Positions 9,642-19,591 of a stretch of 64,000 nucleotides of DNA are shown here, piece after piece. This stretch comes from Cyanobacteria bacterium P01_A01_bin.123. GTDB taxonomy: Bacteria; Cyanobacteriota; Cyanobacteriia; Phormidesmidales; Phormidesmidaceae. Both the position numbers and the translations under genes were made by a program. A model generated the notes under the pieces. It saw only the letters and a list, made by a program, of their open reading frames with translations, did not search any database and had not been told where the DNA came from. Location of the stretch: contig JBCBZT010000027.1 in the NCBI GenBank assembly GCA_039815185.1, forward strand, positions 32,001-96,000, in the 5' to 3' direction. Numbering within the stretch: position 1 is the first letter of the stretch; every line of letters begins with the position of its first letter.

Positions 9642-12600
9642 ATGGACCTTGAAACCATTCTCACCCTTGTGAATGATGCGATGTCTGCAAAGATTGGTAG
9701 ACCGCTGAATGATGCCGAGCGGGTGCTGTTCAAGGGGGCCTGGTACGGGCAAACCTATGGGGTCATTGCGGCTGAATCCGGCTATGCGTCCAGCTATCTC
9801 ACCCGAGTGGTGGGGCCAAAGTTCTGGAAAGATCTCAGTCAGACGCTGGATGAAAATGTCAGCAAGACCAGCTTTCGGCCTGTTATTGAGCAACGCTATG
9901 CCCAGATGGCAAGCAGGTCATCCCATGACACATTGCCTTTGCCGTCGATTTCGCCAACCGCTTCTCCGACCGCGATCGCTGCCTTTAGATCCAGCCAATT
10001 CCCCCAAATTGATTGGGGAGAAGCTCCCAATGTCTCTCACTTTTATGGTCGACAGACCGAACTTGAGACATTGATCCAATGGGTTGTAAACGATGGCTGC
10101 CACCTGGCGGCGATCTTAGGCATGGGGGGCATTGGCAAAACCGCCCTGACCGCTAAGTTCGTAGAAACGTTGGCAGAACAGACAGACTGTCCGTTCGCAC
10201 ACATTATTTGGCGATCGCTACGCAATGCCCCCTCTCTGGAGTCGTTGTTGGCAGAACTGGTGCCGTTTCTGTCCCATCAGCAGGCAACTGAACCCACGAT
10301 TCGGCAACTCCTGCAATGCTTGCAGGAGTCCCGCTGCTTGCTGATTCTTGATAACACGGAAACGATTTTGCAGTCAGGCAGTCAAGCCGGATATTATCGT
10401 TCGGGCTACGAGGACTATGGTGAACTGCTGCGAGTGATGGGTGAATTGCGTCATCAAAGCTGCCTGATTCTGACCAGCCGCGAGAAACCAGCTGAAATTG
10501 CGATGTTTGGAGGGTTGGAGTTGTCTGTGCGATCGCTCACCCTTAGCGGTTCGCTAGAGACAGCTTTGGCACTGGTTGACGCCACGGACTTAGTGGGCAC
10601 CGCCGAGCAAAAACAGGACCTCTGTAAACACTACGGATGCAGTCCGCTGGCCTTGAAGATTGTCGTCAGTTCGATTCAAGACTTATTTGAGGGCCATATT
10701 TCGCCGTTTTTAGCCGAAGAAACGATCGTCTTTAATGGCGTGCGTCGTTTGCTTGACCAACAATTTGAACGTCTTTCTGAGCTAGAACAGACCATCATGT
10801 ATTGGCTAGCCATTAATCGCGATTGGACCTCAATTTCAGAGTTCGCCACTGATATCCTGCCTAAGGTCGCCCGGTCTCAGTTATTGGCCTCTTTGGAATC
10901 GCTCAGTTGGCGATGTCTCCTTGAGACGGCTTCGCCAACGCTGATCGAAAAACAATCCGGCAAATATACACAACAACCTGTCGTCATGGAGTACTTCACC
11001 GAATCCCTGACGCAGCAGATTGCTCAAGAACTGAGCAATCAAGAGTTCTCACTATTGACCCACCATGCACTACTCAAAACCACGGCAAAAGACTTCGTCC
11101 GTGACAGTCAATGCCGATTGATACTAGAGCCCATCCTGGATAATTTGCAAACCCGGCTGCGATCGCCCTCAGCGTTAGCGGGTCACATCCAGGAAATTTT
11201 AGAAACCCTCCGCACCAAAGACGCTTATCGCCTGAGCTATGCAGGGGGGAACTTACTCAACCTGTGCCGCCAACGTCAACTTGATATCACTGGCTATGAC
11301 TTCTCTAGACTGGCTATCTGGCACGCTTGTCTTCAAGATGTTAACCTGCGCCAGGTCAATTTTGCCCAGGCAGAATTTGCCCAAACTGCCTTTGCCCAAA
11401 CCTTTAGCAGTATTTTAGCGATCGCTTTTAGCCCCGATGGTGAGCTAATAGCGACAGGAGATAACAATCTTGAAATTCGCCTATGGCGGGTAGTCGATGG
11501 TCAACTCCTGTTAACGTTGCAAGGACATATGGACTGGGTGCGGACTGTCGCGTTTAGTCCCGATGGGCAGACGCTGGCCAGTGGCAGTGATGACAACACG
11601 ATACGCCTATGGGATGTGCAAACCGGGAAATCTCTTAAAACCCTGGAAGCCCATACAGGCCGAGTCTGTGCCGTCATGTTTAGTCCGAATGGCCTTACCC
11701 TAGCCAGCAGCAGCGAAGATCAAACCCTGCGCTTGTGGGATATCCGTAGCGGTGAGTGCCTGAATGTGTTGACAGGCCATACTCAACAGATCTGGTCTGT
11801 TCAGTTTGACGCTGAAGGCAAACGACTGGTCAGCGCAGGGGAAGATAATACTATCAAGCTCTGGGATGTGCAGACTGGCCATGGTCTCAAAACCCTGAAA
11901 GGGCATACCAATTGGATCGGGTCGGTTGCTTTTAGCCCGGATGGGCAACTGGTAGCAAGCGGCAGTCATGATCAAACAGTGCGTCTTTGGGATGTTGGGA
12001 CTGGGCAATGCCTTAAAACCTTGAGCGGTCACACCAACTGGATTTGGACTGTAGCTTTCAGCCCAGATGGGCAGATCCTCGCTAGTGGCAGTGAAGATCG
12101 TGCAGTGCGGCTGTGGGATGTTGATACGGGCCAATGTCTCAAGATTCTAGAAGGGCATACCCATCGAGTATGGGCCATTGCTTTCAGTCCTAATAATGCA
12201 ATGCTGGCCAGTGGTGGCGGCGATCAGACCGTGCGCTTTTGGGAGATATCTCAATTAGGGGCGGTGCTGTCCTATCCAGGAGTTGGTTCAGATAGCGGTT
12301 CAACTAAGCCACAACTCATTTCTGGTCAGTGCTTGAGAACACTGCAAGGCTATACCCGTCAGGTGTGGACGGTGACCTTTAGTCCCGATGGGCAGTCTCT
12401 TGCCAGTGGCGGTGACGAAACGTTTATTCGGCTCTGGCAGGTTGATAACAGCCAATGCTACAAAACCTTAACCGGTCATACCCATCGCGTCACTGCCGTT
12501 GCCTGGAGCCCCGATGGTACGATGCTGGCTAGTTGTGGGGAAGATCAAACCATTCGACTCTGGAATGCGCACACCGGGCAATGCCTTAAAACCTTGAGCG

Positions 12601-13376
12601 GGCATACCAAGCAACTCTGGTCCGTGGCCTTTAGCCCCGATGGTGCCCTCCTGGCCAGTGGGGGGGAAGATCAAACAATCAAATTGTGGCAGGTTGAAAC
12701 AGGAGACTGCTTAAGAACCATTGAAGGGCATACCAACTGGATCTGGACCCTCGAATTCAGTCCTACTGCCCCATTGTTGGTCAGCAGTAGTTTTGACCAC
12801 ACCGTGAAACTCTGGGATATCCAAACCGGCGATTGTGTCAGAATCCTGGCAGGTCACCAGGGCTCGGTAATGGGCGTGGCTTTTAGCCCCGATGGCACCC
12901 GCCTGGCCAGTGGCAGCATGTACGATCAGACCGTCCGAATGTGGGATGTGCAGACAGGAGATTGCTTAAACGTTTTGACGGATCAGCTGGTTATGTGTCT
13001 TGCCTTCTCTCCACCAAACAGCGCATCATCCTCAACGCAAGCCTCCATTCTCGCCGTAGGGGGGGTGGATCAGAGCTTAAAGTTTTTGCATCCTGACACT
13101 GGCAAAGGGATCAGCCTGCCGCAAGCCCACCAGCGTTGGCTCTTTGACCTGGGATTTAGTCCAGATGGTCAAACCCTGGCCAGTAGTAGTGCCGATGAGA
13201 CAATTAAGTTGTGGGATGTGAATACAGGAGAGTGCCTGAAAACCCTCAGACCCGATCGCCCCTACGAAGGTATGAACATCACTGGGGCAATTGGTTTAAC
13301 CCAAGCCCAAAAGGCGGCTTTACAAAGCTTGGGAGCAATCGATCAAGACGAAAATGCAGGTGCTGTCCTCCAATAA
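9642..13376 (+). CDS. HTH - NB-ARC (STAND NTPase) - pentapeptide - WD40 repeat protein
   Basis: N-terminal HTH-like region ([12 protein letters not shown]...GPKFWKDLS), P-loop GMGGIGKT, Walker B LLILDN, many GH...SPDG..LASGS.D.T.RLWD repeats. Confidence 0.92.
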   Translation: MDLETILTLVNDAMSAKIGRPLNDAERVLFKGAWYGQTYGVIAAESGYASSYLTRVVGPKFWKDLSQTLDENVSKTSFRPVIEQRYAQMASRSSHDTLPLPSISPTASPTAIAAFRSSQFPQIDWGEAPNVSHFYGRQTELETLIQWVVNDGCHLAAILGMGGIGKTALTAKFVETLAEQTDCPFAHIIWRSLRNAPSLESLLAELVPFLSHQQATEPTIRQLLQCLQESRCLLILDNTETILQSGSQAGYYRSGYEDYGELLRVMGELRHQSCLILTSREKPAEIAMFGGLELSVRSLTLSGSLETALALVDATDLVGTAEQKQDLCKHYGCSPLALKIVVSSIQDLFEGHISPFLAEETIVFNGVRRLLDQQFERLSELEQTIMYWLAINRDWTSISEFATDILPKVARSQLLASLESLSWRCLLETASPTLIEKQSGKYTQQPVVMEYFTESLTQQIAQELSNQEFSLLTHHALLKTTAKDFVRDSQCRLILEPILDNLQTRLRSPSALAGHIQEILETLRTKDAYRLSYAGGNLLNLCRQRQLDITGYDFSRLAIWHACLQDVNLRQVNFAQAEFAQTAFAQTFSSILAIAFSPDGELIATGDNNLEIRLWRVVDGQLLLTLQGHMDWVRTVAFSPDGQTLASGSDDNTIRLWDVQTGKSLKTLEAHTGRVCAVMFSPNGLTLASSSEDQTLRLWDIRSGECLNVLTGHTQQIWSVQFDAEGKRLVSAGEDNTIKLWDVQTGHGLKTLKGHTNWIGSVAFSPDGQLVASGSHDQTVRLWDVGTGQCLKTLSGHTNWIWTVAFSPDGQILASGSEDRAVRLWDVDTGQCLKILEGHTHRVWAIAFSPNNAMLASGGGDQTVRFWEISQLGAVLSYPGVGSDSGSTKPQLISGQCLRTLQGYTRQVWTVTFSPDGQSLASGGDETFIRLWQVDNSQCYKTLTGHTHRVTAVAWSPDGTMLASCGEDQTIRLWNAHTGQCLKTLSGHTKQLWSVAFSPDGALLASGGEDQTIKLWQVETGDCLRTIEGHTNWIWTLEFSPTAPLLVSSSFDHTVKLWDIQTGDCVRILAGHQGSVMGVAFSPDGTRLASGSMYDQTVRMWDVQTGDCLNVLTDQLVMCLAFSPPNSASSSTQASILAVGGVDQSLKFLHPDTGKGISLPQAHQRWLFDLGFSPDGQTLASSSADETIKLWDVNTGECLKTLRPDRPYEGMNITGAIGLTQAQKAALQSLGAIDQDENAGAVLQ
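10915..10938 (+). repeat. 24-nt in-frame insertion in a HIP1 site (SDR-like mini element)
   Basis: GCGAT|gtctccttgagacggcttcgccaa|CGC; removal restores perfect GCGATCGC and protein WRSLIEK. Confidence 0.75.
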
Positions 13377-13424
13377 TCTTGTTAAAGAAACAATCTTTCA
13401 GCGACCACTTATGCTTGCTTTTGT

Positions 13425-16400
13425 TTACTCCCAAAGCAACACGGAAGGCAGTTCATCCTGGGCTAACCGCAACAGTTCATAACCAATCCCAGTGGTGCCT
13501 TGGAAAAAGCCAGGGTTAAAGACAGAATTGGGCAGGTTAGCAAACAATTGGTATGCGCCGGATTGGTTGGCGCGGGCAACCACGGCAGCAGCTTTTTGTG
13601 AAGCAGCTTGTCGCCAATCTGGGCGATTGCAGCGTTGGGCTCCTACTAAAAGGACTTCAGCCACACCCAAATTACCGCAACAGAGATGATCAATGCCTTT
13701 TAGGCCTTGTTGTTGGGTAGTTTCTAGGGCAATTTGCAGGTCTTGCACCAGGGCTTCTGTCGGCCAAACATCCAGGCTACCCAGGCGTCCTAAGCCAATG
13801 CCAGCCGCGCCGTGGCACCATTGCACCGGAAAGGTAGGGCGACTTTCTGGATTGAGGTCGCGCAGGTCAGGCCAGTTTGCCTGAGTAGGAGAAAACACAC
13901 TGCGTTCGTAGGCCATCCCCTCTAGGGCGGCTTCTCGATAGTCTGGGTCATCGGTAATGGCGTAGAGGCGCAAGAGGGCGTAGGCAATCCCAGTGGCCCC
14001 ATGGGAGAAACCCGTCAGGGGTTTTTCGGCCAAGTTTTTCCAGGCTTTGGGGCCTGACGCTGGGTGGGTTTGTTGGCTGAGCAGGTGTTGTCCACAGGCG
14101 ATGGCTTTTTCTAAAACGGTGATCTCTCCTGTCACCTGATAGAGCGACAGCGATCCTAAAATGCTGCCCGCCGCACCGCTGATGATGTCCAAGGCTTGGT
14201 CAGCGGCAATCATCTCTGGTGTGATCATGGTTGCCAGGGTTTGCGCCTCCGTCAGGAAGGTTTCATCTTCTAAAAACTGACCCACCTTCACAAAGGTATA
14301 GATCATCGCAGTGATGCCAGTGGCAATGCCGATGCCCATCCGTCGCGCAAAGCGTTGGCGCGCGTCTGAAGTCATGCTGTTCAACTGTCGCCGTAGGGGG
14401 TGCAACACTCGCAGGGTCAGATCGCGGTAATGGGGCTCCTGGGTAACGTGGTACAGCCCCGCCAGGAACAGCGCTACGCCACAGCGCCCATCGTAGAGAC
14501 TGTCATTGAGGAGCTGGAGTTGATAGCGATTAGCTTGGGGGACAAACCCCAGGCTGATCCAGTTGAGGCTGCCGTCGGTATCTTGCAAGGCTCTGACCTC
14601 AAGGTCGGCTGCGATCGCACGGGCAGCCTGGATGAGTTGTTCGCGACTGAGCAGGGGCAGCTCGTTTGCCTGCCAGGGCCGGGCCTCATCGACGGACGGT
14701 TGGGCCACCCTGGCATAAAAGGCTCCCTGGATAATAGCCACCTGCTGGGCCAGGTTGGTTTCATTCAGGGCCTGGATTTGTGAGATGACATAGTCATAGC
14801 TGGGGCGCTTAAAATACTGAGAAATGGTCTGGATGTTTCTCAAAATCAAAGCATCGTTGCTGGTATTGGCGGTAAAAAAAGGAATATCCAGCTGCTCCAT
14901 AGCCCGCAGCTCAGCCTGGACAATGGGCCAGGCATTGGGCTGTTGTTGAGCTAACACAAAAGCCCGACTGAGGTAGTCCAACTCAATGCTATAGTCCACC
15001 CCATGCTTGAGATGATCTGGTGTCCAGGCTTTATTTAACAGAATGTAGTAGATGCGAGTGGCGCGCATAATAAACCGCACCTGCTGATTTTGTAACCCTG
15101 CCAATGGCCCCCCGGCGGCCAGCAGCAGACTTTGCTGCTGCATCAGGAACCGATACATGCACTCAAACCCGGTCACAATATGGACTTGATAGTCGTTGGG
15201 TGACAGGGGCGTATCGCCCAAATGGGGCACATTCTTGGCAATGGGTGCGGTGACTGTCTCGGCGCGCAAATGCATGTCGTCGGTATTCACCGCCTGCCAG
15301 CGGAGCACCTTGCAGGGGGCGGGTTGTGGGTCAGTACTGCCCAGGCCACTGATGTCAAAGGCAAGCCGCTGATCGGGGCTAAAATCCCACTGGGGCAGCA
15401 ACCCTGTACGCAAGACAGAGTCGCCAAACAGCTGGGTAGATTCTGTCTCTAGGGCCAGGGCATCCGGTGAATTTTCGATCAGGTGGACATCGTGTTGCAG
15501 CAGAGATTCTATATCAATCAGCACTAAATGCTCACCGCTGGCGATCAGGTTTTCATGGTGGCAGTCGGTGCCCCGCAACACATAGATTAAGCACGACAAC
15601 ATGCCTGCCCGTTGGTAAAAGCGCTCAACGGCGGCTTCATCATGGCAGGGCAACTGTTCAACATATTCGACCCAGCCATATCCATCGCGATTAAGCACCT
15701 GGATGACTTTGAAATCGAGCAGTTGATTGTGTTGATTACACCAGGTCAGTAGATGATTCCAGGCCACCTCTAAACCGGAATCTTTGGGTTTGTAGACCAG
15801 TGTGAGGCCCGACTCAAAGGTGAGCAGCAGCACCGTACGCCCCTGGTTGTGCGGGTCAGACAGGGATGCCTGGAGGTCAGTCACTTTGCCCAGGGGCGCA
15901 TTCTGACACTCAGAGTTAGATGCTTGAGCCCCCCCTACCCCCCAATATGGGGTGTTGTTGAGGCTAAAATCTCCTGAGCTTGGAGAAAATCGCTGCTGAA
16001 TGTCAGTTTGGTCTTGGGCCAGCCGCTGGATGAATTCAGCCGTGGCATCGACCCACAGATCAACCGCCACCGCAATCAGCCGCCCCAGGACAGGATAGGT
16101 TTGCAAGAAACTGAGCAATCCATCTGCCAGTAAGTCCGTCACAAATTGATGGTACTGGGTTTGGCTATGACCTGTTTCAGCCTCTTCGATACCCAAAAGA
16201 TTCAGTAAGTTTTGCCCCAGAGATCGTCCTTTAGAAAACTCAAAATCGAGGGTTTTGTTAGAAATTTGGGTGAGCCGTTGCAACAGGCTACGTTCTAGCG
16301 TGGTGTAAGCTTTCTCTGAAAGCAGAGAAAGCGACAGGATCTTGCCAGTGAGTTGGGTCACTCCCAGGCGCGTGAGCAAGTTTTGTCTGGCGACTTGCAG

Positions 16401-16817
16401 GGTGGGGAGCCAGATGTCTTCAAAGGGAGTGGGATGGTCAGGATCGCTCAGCCAGACCAGATCAGGGTTGGGGGTGAACCCTGCGCCAGTTTGGATCATT
16501 TGTCGCAGGGTCTCGGCCCAGGCGGGTAATGGCTGCCCCGCTGCAAACTTCACGGTACCCAGATAAGGCCGAACTTCGTCCAGGCTGAGTCCGTCCCATT
16601 CTAAGCGTTTCTGCAAAATCTCTAGCCTGTTTTCATGGGCGACGGTTTGACACCACCGCTCGCAGCGGCGATCCATGGCTGATGGGTTGCTCTGGTGGGG
16701 AGCAACCGTAAAGCGATCAGCATCGAGTCGCTCCCACAGGAAGCTAGCCTCGGCAACGATCGTGGCTAAATCGCCGTCGGTGAGTTGAGGGGATTTTGCA
16801 ATTAGGGTTGTAGACAT
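13425..16817 (-). CDS. lanM: Class II lanthipeptide synthetase (ProcM-like, CCG motif)
   Basis: Dehydratase motifs SDPHNQG, VYKPK, TDCHHENLIA, SVLRTGLLP; LanC cyclase GFSHGATG, WCHGAAG, HLCCGNLG. Confidence 0.95.
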   Translation of the reverse strand: MSTTLIAKSPQLTDGDLATIVAEASFLWERLDADRFTVAPHQSNPSAMDRRCERWCQTVAHENRLEILQKRLEWDGLSLDEVRPYLGTVKFAAGQPLPAWAETLRQMIQTGAGFTPNPDLVWLSDPDHPTPFEDIWLPTLQVARQNLLTRLGVTQLTGKILSLSLLSEKAYTTLERSLLQRLTQISNKTLDFEFSKGRSLGQNLLNLLGIEEAETGHSQTQYHQFVTDLLADGLLSFLQTYPVLGRLIAVAVDLWVDATAEFIQRLAQDQTDIQQRFSPSSGDFSLNNTPYWGVGGAQASNSECQNAPLGKVTDLQASLSDPHNQGRTVLLLTFESGLTLVYKPKDSGLEVAWNHLLTWCNQHNQLLDFKVIQVLNRDGYGWVEYVEQLPCHDEAAVERFYQRAGMLSCLIYVLRGTDCHHENLIASGEHLVLIDIESLLQHDVHLIENSPDALALETESTQLFGDSVLRTGLLPQWDFSPDQRLAFDISGLGSTDPQPAPCKVLRWQAVNTDDMHLRAETVTAPIAKNVPHLGDTPLSPNDYQVHIVTGFECMYRFLMQQQSLLLAAGGPLAGLQNQQVRFIMRATRIYYILLNKAWTPDHLKHGVDYSIELDYLSRAFVLAQQQPNAWPIVQAELRAMEQLDIPFFTANTSNDALILRNIQTISQYFKRPSYDYVISQIQALNETNLAQQVAIIQGAFYARVAQPSVDEARPWQANELPLLSREQLIQAARAIAADLEVRALQDTDGSLNWISLGFVPQANRYQLQLLNDSLYDGRCGVALFLAGLYHVTQEPHYRDLTLRVLHPLRRQLNSMTSDARQRFARRMGIGIATGITAMIYTFVKVGQFLEDETFLTEAQTLATMITPEMIAADQALDIISGAAGSILGSLSLYQVTGEITVLEKAIACGQHLLSQQTHPASGPKAWKNLAEKPLTGFSHGATGIAYALLRLYAITDDPDYREAALEGMAYERSVFSPTQANWPDLRDLNPESRPTFPVQWCHGAAGIGLGRLGSLDVWPTEALVQDLQIALETTQQQGLKGIDHLCCGNLGVAEVLLVGAQRCNRPDWRQAASQKAAAVVARANQSGAYQLFANLPNSVFNPGFFQGTTGIGYELLRLAQDELPSVLLWE

Positions 16818-17866
16818 GGGGGCGACGCTGAAGGTGTTGGGGGCGGTTGATTCTGGAGGGGAGGGGGCGACAGAGGTCGCTTCTGTCCTCGGTAAAGTCG
16901 CTGTAGTCGTTTGCGATATTCCACTAGAATTTGGTCAAAACGGCCAAGGCACATGCCAGTCAAATCCACCCGCAGATCGGCAATTTTTTCCAGCATTTGC
17001 TTGTCGCGTTTCACCTCATGATCGAGTACCCATCGCAAAATATGCTTCTGCACTAGATGGAAGATCAAACGCCCCCAGCGAGGGTTGGCTAGGTAATGCA
17101 ACGAGATGCACTGGGTTTGATGGTCATTGATCGGGTTGAAGAAAAAGACTGAGCGTAACCGTTCCTGACGAGGTTGACCGGTTTTGGAATTTTCCCAATA
17201 CATTTCGTAGGTGTGGTAAACCGGGGAGAAGTGCATGGTCAGGTGATTGAAAAAGCGATCGCCGCCGTACATCCCAAATAACTTTTCTAGGAGCCAAGGG
17301 AGGGGGCGTTGGGGCACAATCGACAATAGCTGGATACGATCCTCATGGCTAAAGTCAAAGATCGGCTCGACTACAGCCGTGTCGGCCAGGTTATACCCAA
17401 AGAAGGTATGGCTGGTGGGGGCATGCTCCATCTCGGCAAAGATATCCACCACCAGCTCCAGGGGCACATCAATCCGATGCTCTAGGGTGCAGCTAAACTC
17501 ATATTCAGGAAAATTTAGCTCGGGGAGTTGGGCCTTGCTGTCTGATGCTTTAACCCAGATCCACCTATACTGCTCTGTTGTTTCCAGGCTATGGGCACAA
17601 GGCCTGAGGTTAGGGGTACTCAGACTCTGGCCCTGACCATTGGGGGCATAGCACCAGCCATGGAAAGGACACACTAAGCGATCGCCCTCGACCCAGCCTT
17701 GACTCAGGCGCATCCGACGGTGGGGGCAGCTATCCTTGAGGGCACCAATCTCACCAGTCTGGGTGCGAAACAGAACAAATTCTTGTCCGCAGAGCTGGAT
17801 GGCAACCGGCTGCTGCGTTAACGCCTGACTTTGCAGGACAGGATGCCAGTGATCGAGTTCAGTCAT
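16802..17866 (-). CDS. Rieske non-heme iron oxygenase
   Basis: CPHRR...CPFHGW [2Fe-2S] motif; mononuclear-iron-like E-x2-H-x4-H (EMEHAPTSH); overlaps lanM start. Confidence 0.9.
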   Translation of the reverse strand: MTELDHWHPVLQSQALTQQPVAIQLCGQEFVLFRTQTGEIGALKDSCPHRRMRLSQGWVEGDRLVCPFHGWCYAPNGQGQSLSTPNLRPCAHSLETTEQYRWIWVKASDSKAQLPELNFPEYEFSCTLEHRIDVPLELVVDIFAEMEHAPTSHTFFGYNLADTAVVEPIFDFSHEDRIQLLSIVPQRPLPWLLEKLFGMYGGDRFFNHLTMHFSPVYHTYEMYWENSKTGQPRQERLRSVFFFNPINDHQTQCISLHYLANPRWGRLIFHLVQKHILRWVLDHEVKRDKQMLEKIADLRVDLTGMCLGRFDQILVEYRKRLQRLYRGQKRPLSPPPLQNQPPPTPSASPPCLQP

Positions 17867-19539
17867 GAGATCCCTCCTAGGGTTAAATACTGGGAGTTGG
17901 AACGGTCTGGGGTGGTTTGGTATAGATCATCAATCGCGGTCTGAAAATAAGCCTGAATTGCAGTACGGCGCAGCTTGCCATTGGCGGTGAGCAAGCCATT
18001 GGCCTGACTGAAGGGCTCACGGGTGAGGTAGAATTTGCGAATTTTTTGATAGTGGGGAACGGTCTCGTTGAAGTGGTGAATGGCGATCGCTAACGTAGAC
18101 TCATCGACTGAACCCGTAAGAATGGCACAGAGAAAGGGTCGCCCATGACCCACCAGCACAGCTTGTTCCATGCCGTCACAAGCCTCGATCAGTCGTTGTT
18201 CTAAGGGTTCTGGGGCAATGTTGTGGCCTGAGGTCGGCACCAAGAGATGTTTGAGACGACCAATGATCCGCCAATGACCTGAGGCACTGACTTCGGCTTG
18301 ATCACCGGTATGGAACCAGCCCTCGCGGATGACTTGAGCCGTTGCTGCTGGATTGTTCCAGTACCCGGCAAAGATATTGGGCCCCCGGCAAACCAGTTCG
18401 CCTTGCGGCGTTAAGCGCACTTCACAGTCTTGAATAGCATGACCGACGTAGCCCGGTATGGGTGATTGAAGGGGATCGAGGGTAACCAGACCTGTGGTTT
18501 CAGTGAGGCCATAGCCCTGGTAGATCGGGATGCCAATCATGGCAAACCAGCGTTGGGTTTCGATCCGCAAGGGGGCCGAGCCACAGATAATCAGTTGGAG
18601 ATGGGGGGCGATCGCCCGTTTGATTTGGGCCAATAGGGTTAGGCTCACGCCTTTAAAGATCAAGGCGTCAACCCAGCGGTGTCCTGTCAGCGAGCGGTCA
18701 TAAGCCTGCTGGCCAACTGTAAACAGCCATTGGGCAATACGCCCCTGCTGTTTTAAGGCTTGCTCAATGCCACTGCGGAACCGCTCCAGCACCATGGGCA
18801 CGGTCAAAAAGAACGCCGGATCGGCATAGCGGAGATCCGCTGCCAGATTGTCTAACTGGGTGCATAGGGTTAACGGACGCCCTTGATACAGCTGGGCCCA
18901 AAGGATGAGATGGGCGGGGGCAAAGCAAAAGGGTAAAAAGTGAAAGGCACCGCCTTTGTCGGTTGACGGCTGGGTTGCAGCTTCAAGCCGCTGGCTGATT
19001 AAGGGAATCATGTAGTCAAAGTTGGCGCGGGTGAGCATCACCCCCTTAGATGCCCCGCTAGTGCCCGAGGTATAGATCAAGGCGATCACTGCATCCGCTG
19101 GAATGGGGTAAGGCGCTGCCTGGGTGGGTTCAGCGTCAAATGCGTCATCGACTAAGGCGATCGCACCGGGAGTAAGCCAGATCTCCGTCATTGCTTCCCC
19201 AAGCGCTGAATCCCCGACCAGTAGCAATTTGGGTTGGCAGTCTGCCAGCATTTTGGCTAGTTCTGGCAGACTCTGGCGGCTATATAGCGGTACTACAATT
19301 GCCCCTTCTGCCAAAATCGCCAGCTCCAGGGCAACCCAGCGAGCTGAGTTGGGGGCCAGTAATGCCACGCGATCGCCGGGACATACCCCCTGATTTGCAA
19401 TAAAGGTACGGGCACGACGAATCTGCAGCGCTAACGCTGCCGCTGAGATATCGACCCATTGTTGATCATGGATTTCCCTGAGAATCGGTTGATTCTGCAG
19501 CTGATGTAAGTTTTGGACAATCGTTTCCAGAAAGTTCAT
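17863..19539 (-). CDS. Long-chain acyl-CoA synthetase-like AMP-binding protein
   Basis: IYTSGTSGASKG, QGYGLTET, WFHTGD, GHNIAPEPLE, LTANGKLRR; GGAG RBS before ATG 19539. Confidence 0.9.
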   Translation of the reverse strand: MNFLETIVQNLHQLQNQPILREIHDQQWVDISAAALALQIRRARTFIANQGVCPGDRVALLAPNSARWVALELAILAEGAIVVPLYSRQSLPELAKMLADCQPKLLLVGDSALGEAMTEIWLTPGAIALVDDAFDAEPTQAAPYPIPADAVIALIYTSGTSGASKGVMLTRANFDYMIPLISQRLEAATQPSTDKGGAFHFLPFCFAPAHLILWAQLYQGRPLTLCTQLDNLAADLRYADPAFFLTVPMVLERFRSGIEQALKQQGRIAQWLFTVGQQAYDRSLTGHRWVDALIFKGVSLTLLAQIKRAIAPHLQLIICGSAPLRIETQRWFAMIGIPIYQGYGLTETTGLVTLDPLQSPIPGYVGHAIQDCEVRLTPQGELVCRGPNIFAGYWNNPAATAQVIREGWFHTGDQAEVSASGHWRIIGRLKHLLVPTSGHNIAPEPLEQRLIEACDGMEQAVLVGHGRPFLCAILTGSVDESTLAIAIHHFNETVPHYQKIRKFYLTREPFSQANGLLTANGKLRRTAIQAYFQTAIDDLYQTTPDRSNSQYLTLGGIS

Positions 19540-19591
19540 GGGTTGTTCTCCGAGTAGGCGGTTCTCTGGGTCTCCAACCAAATAGAAAGAC

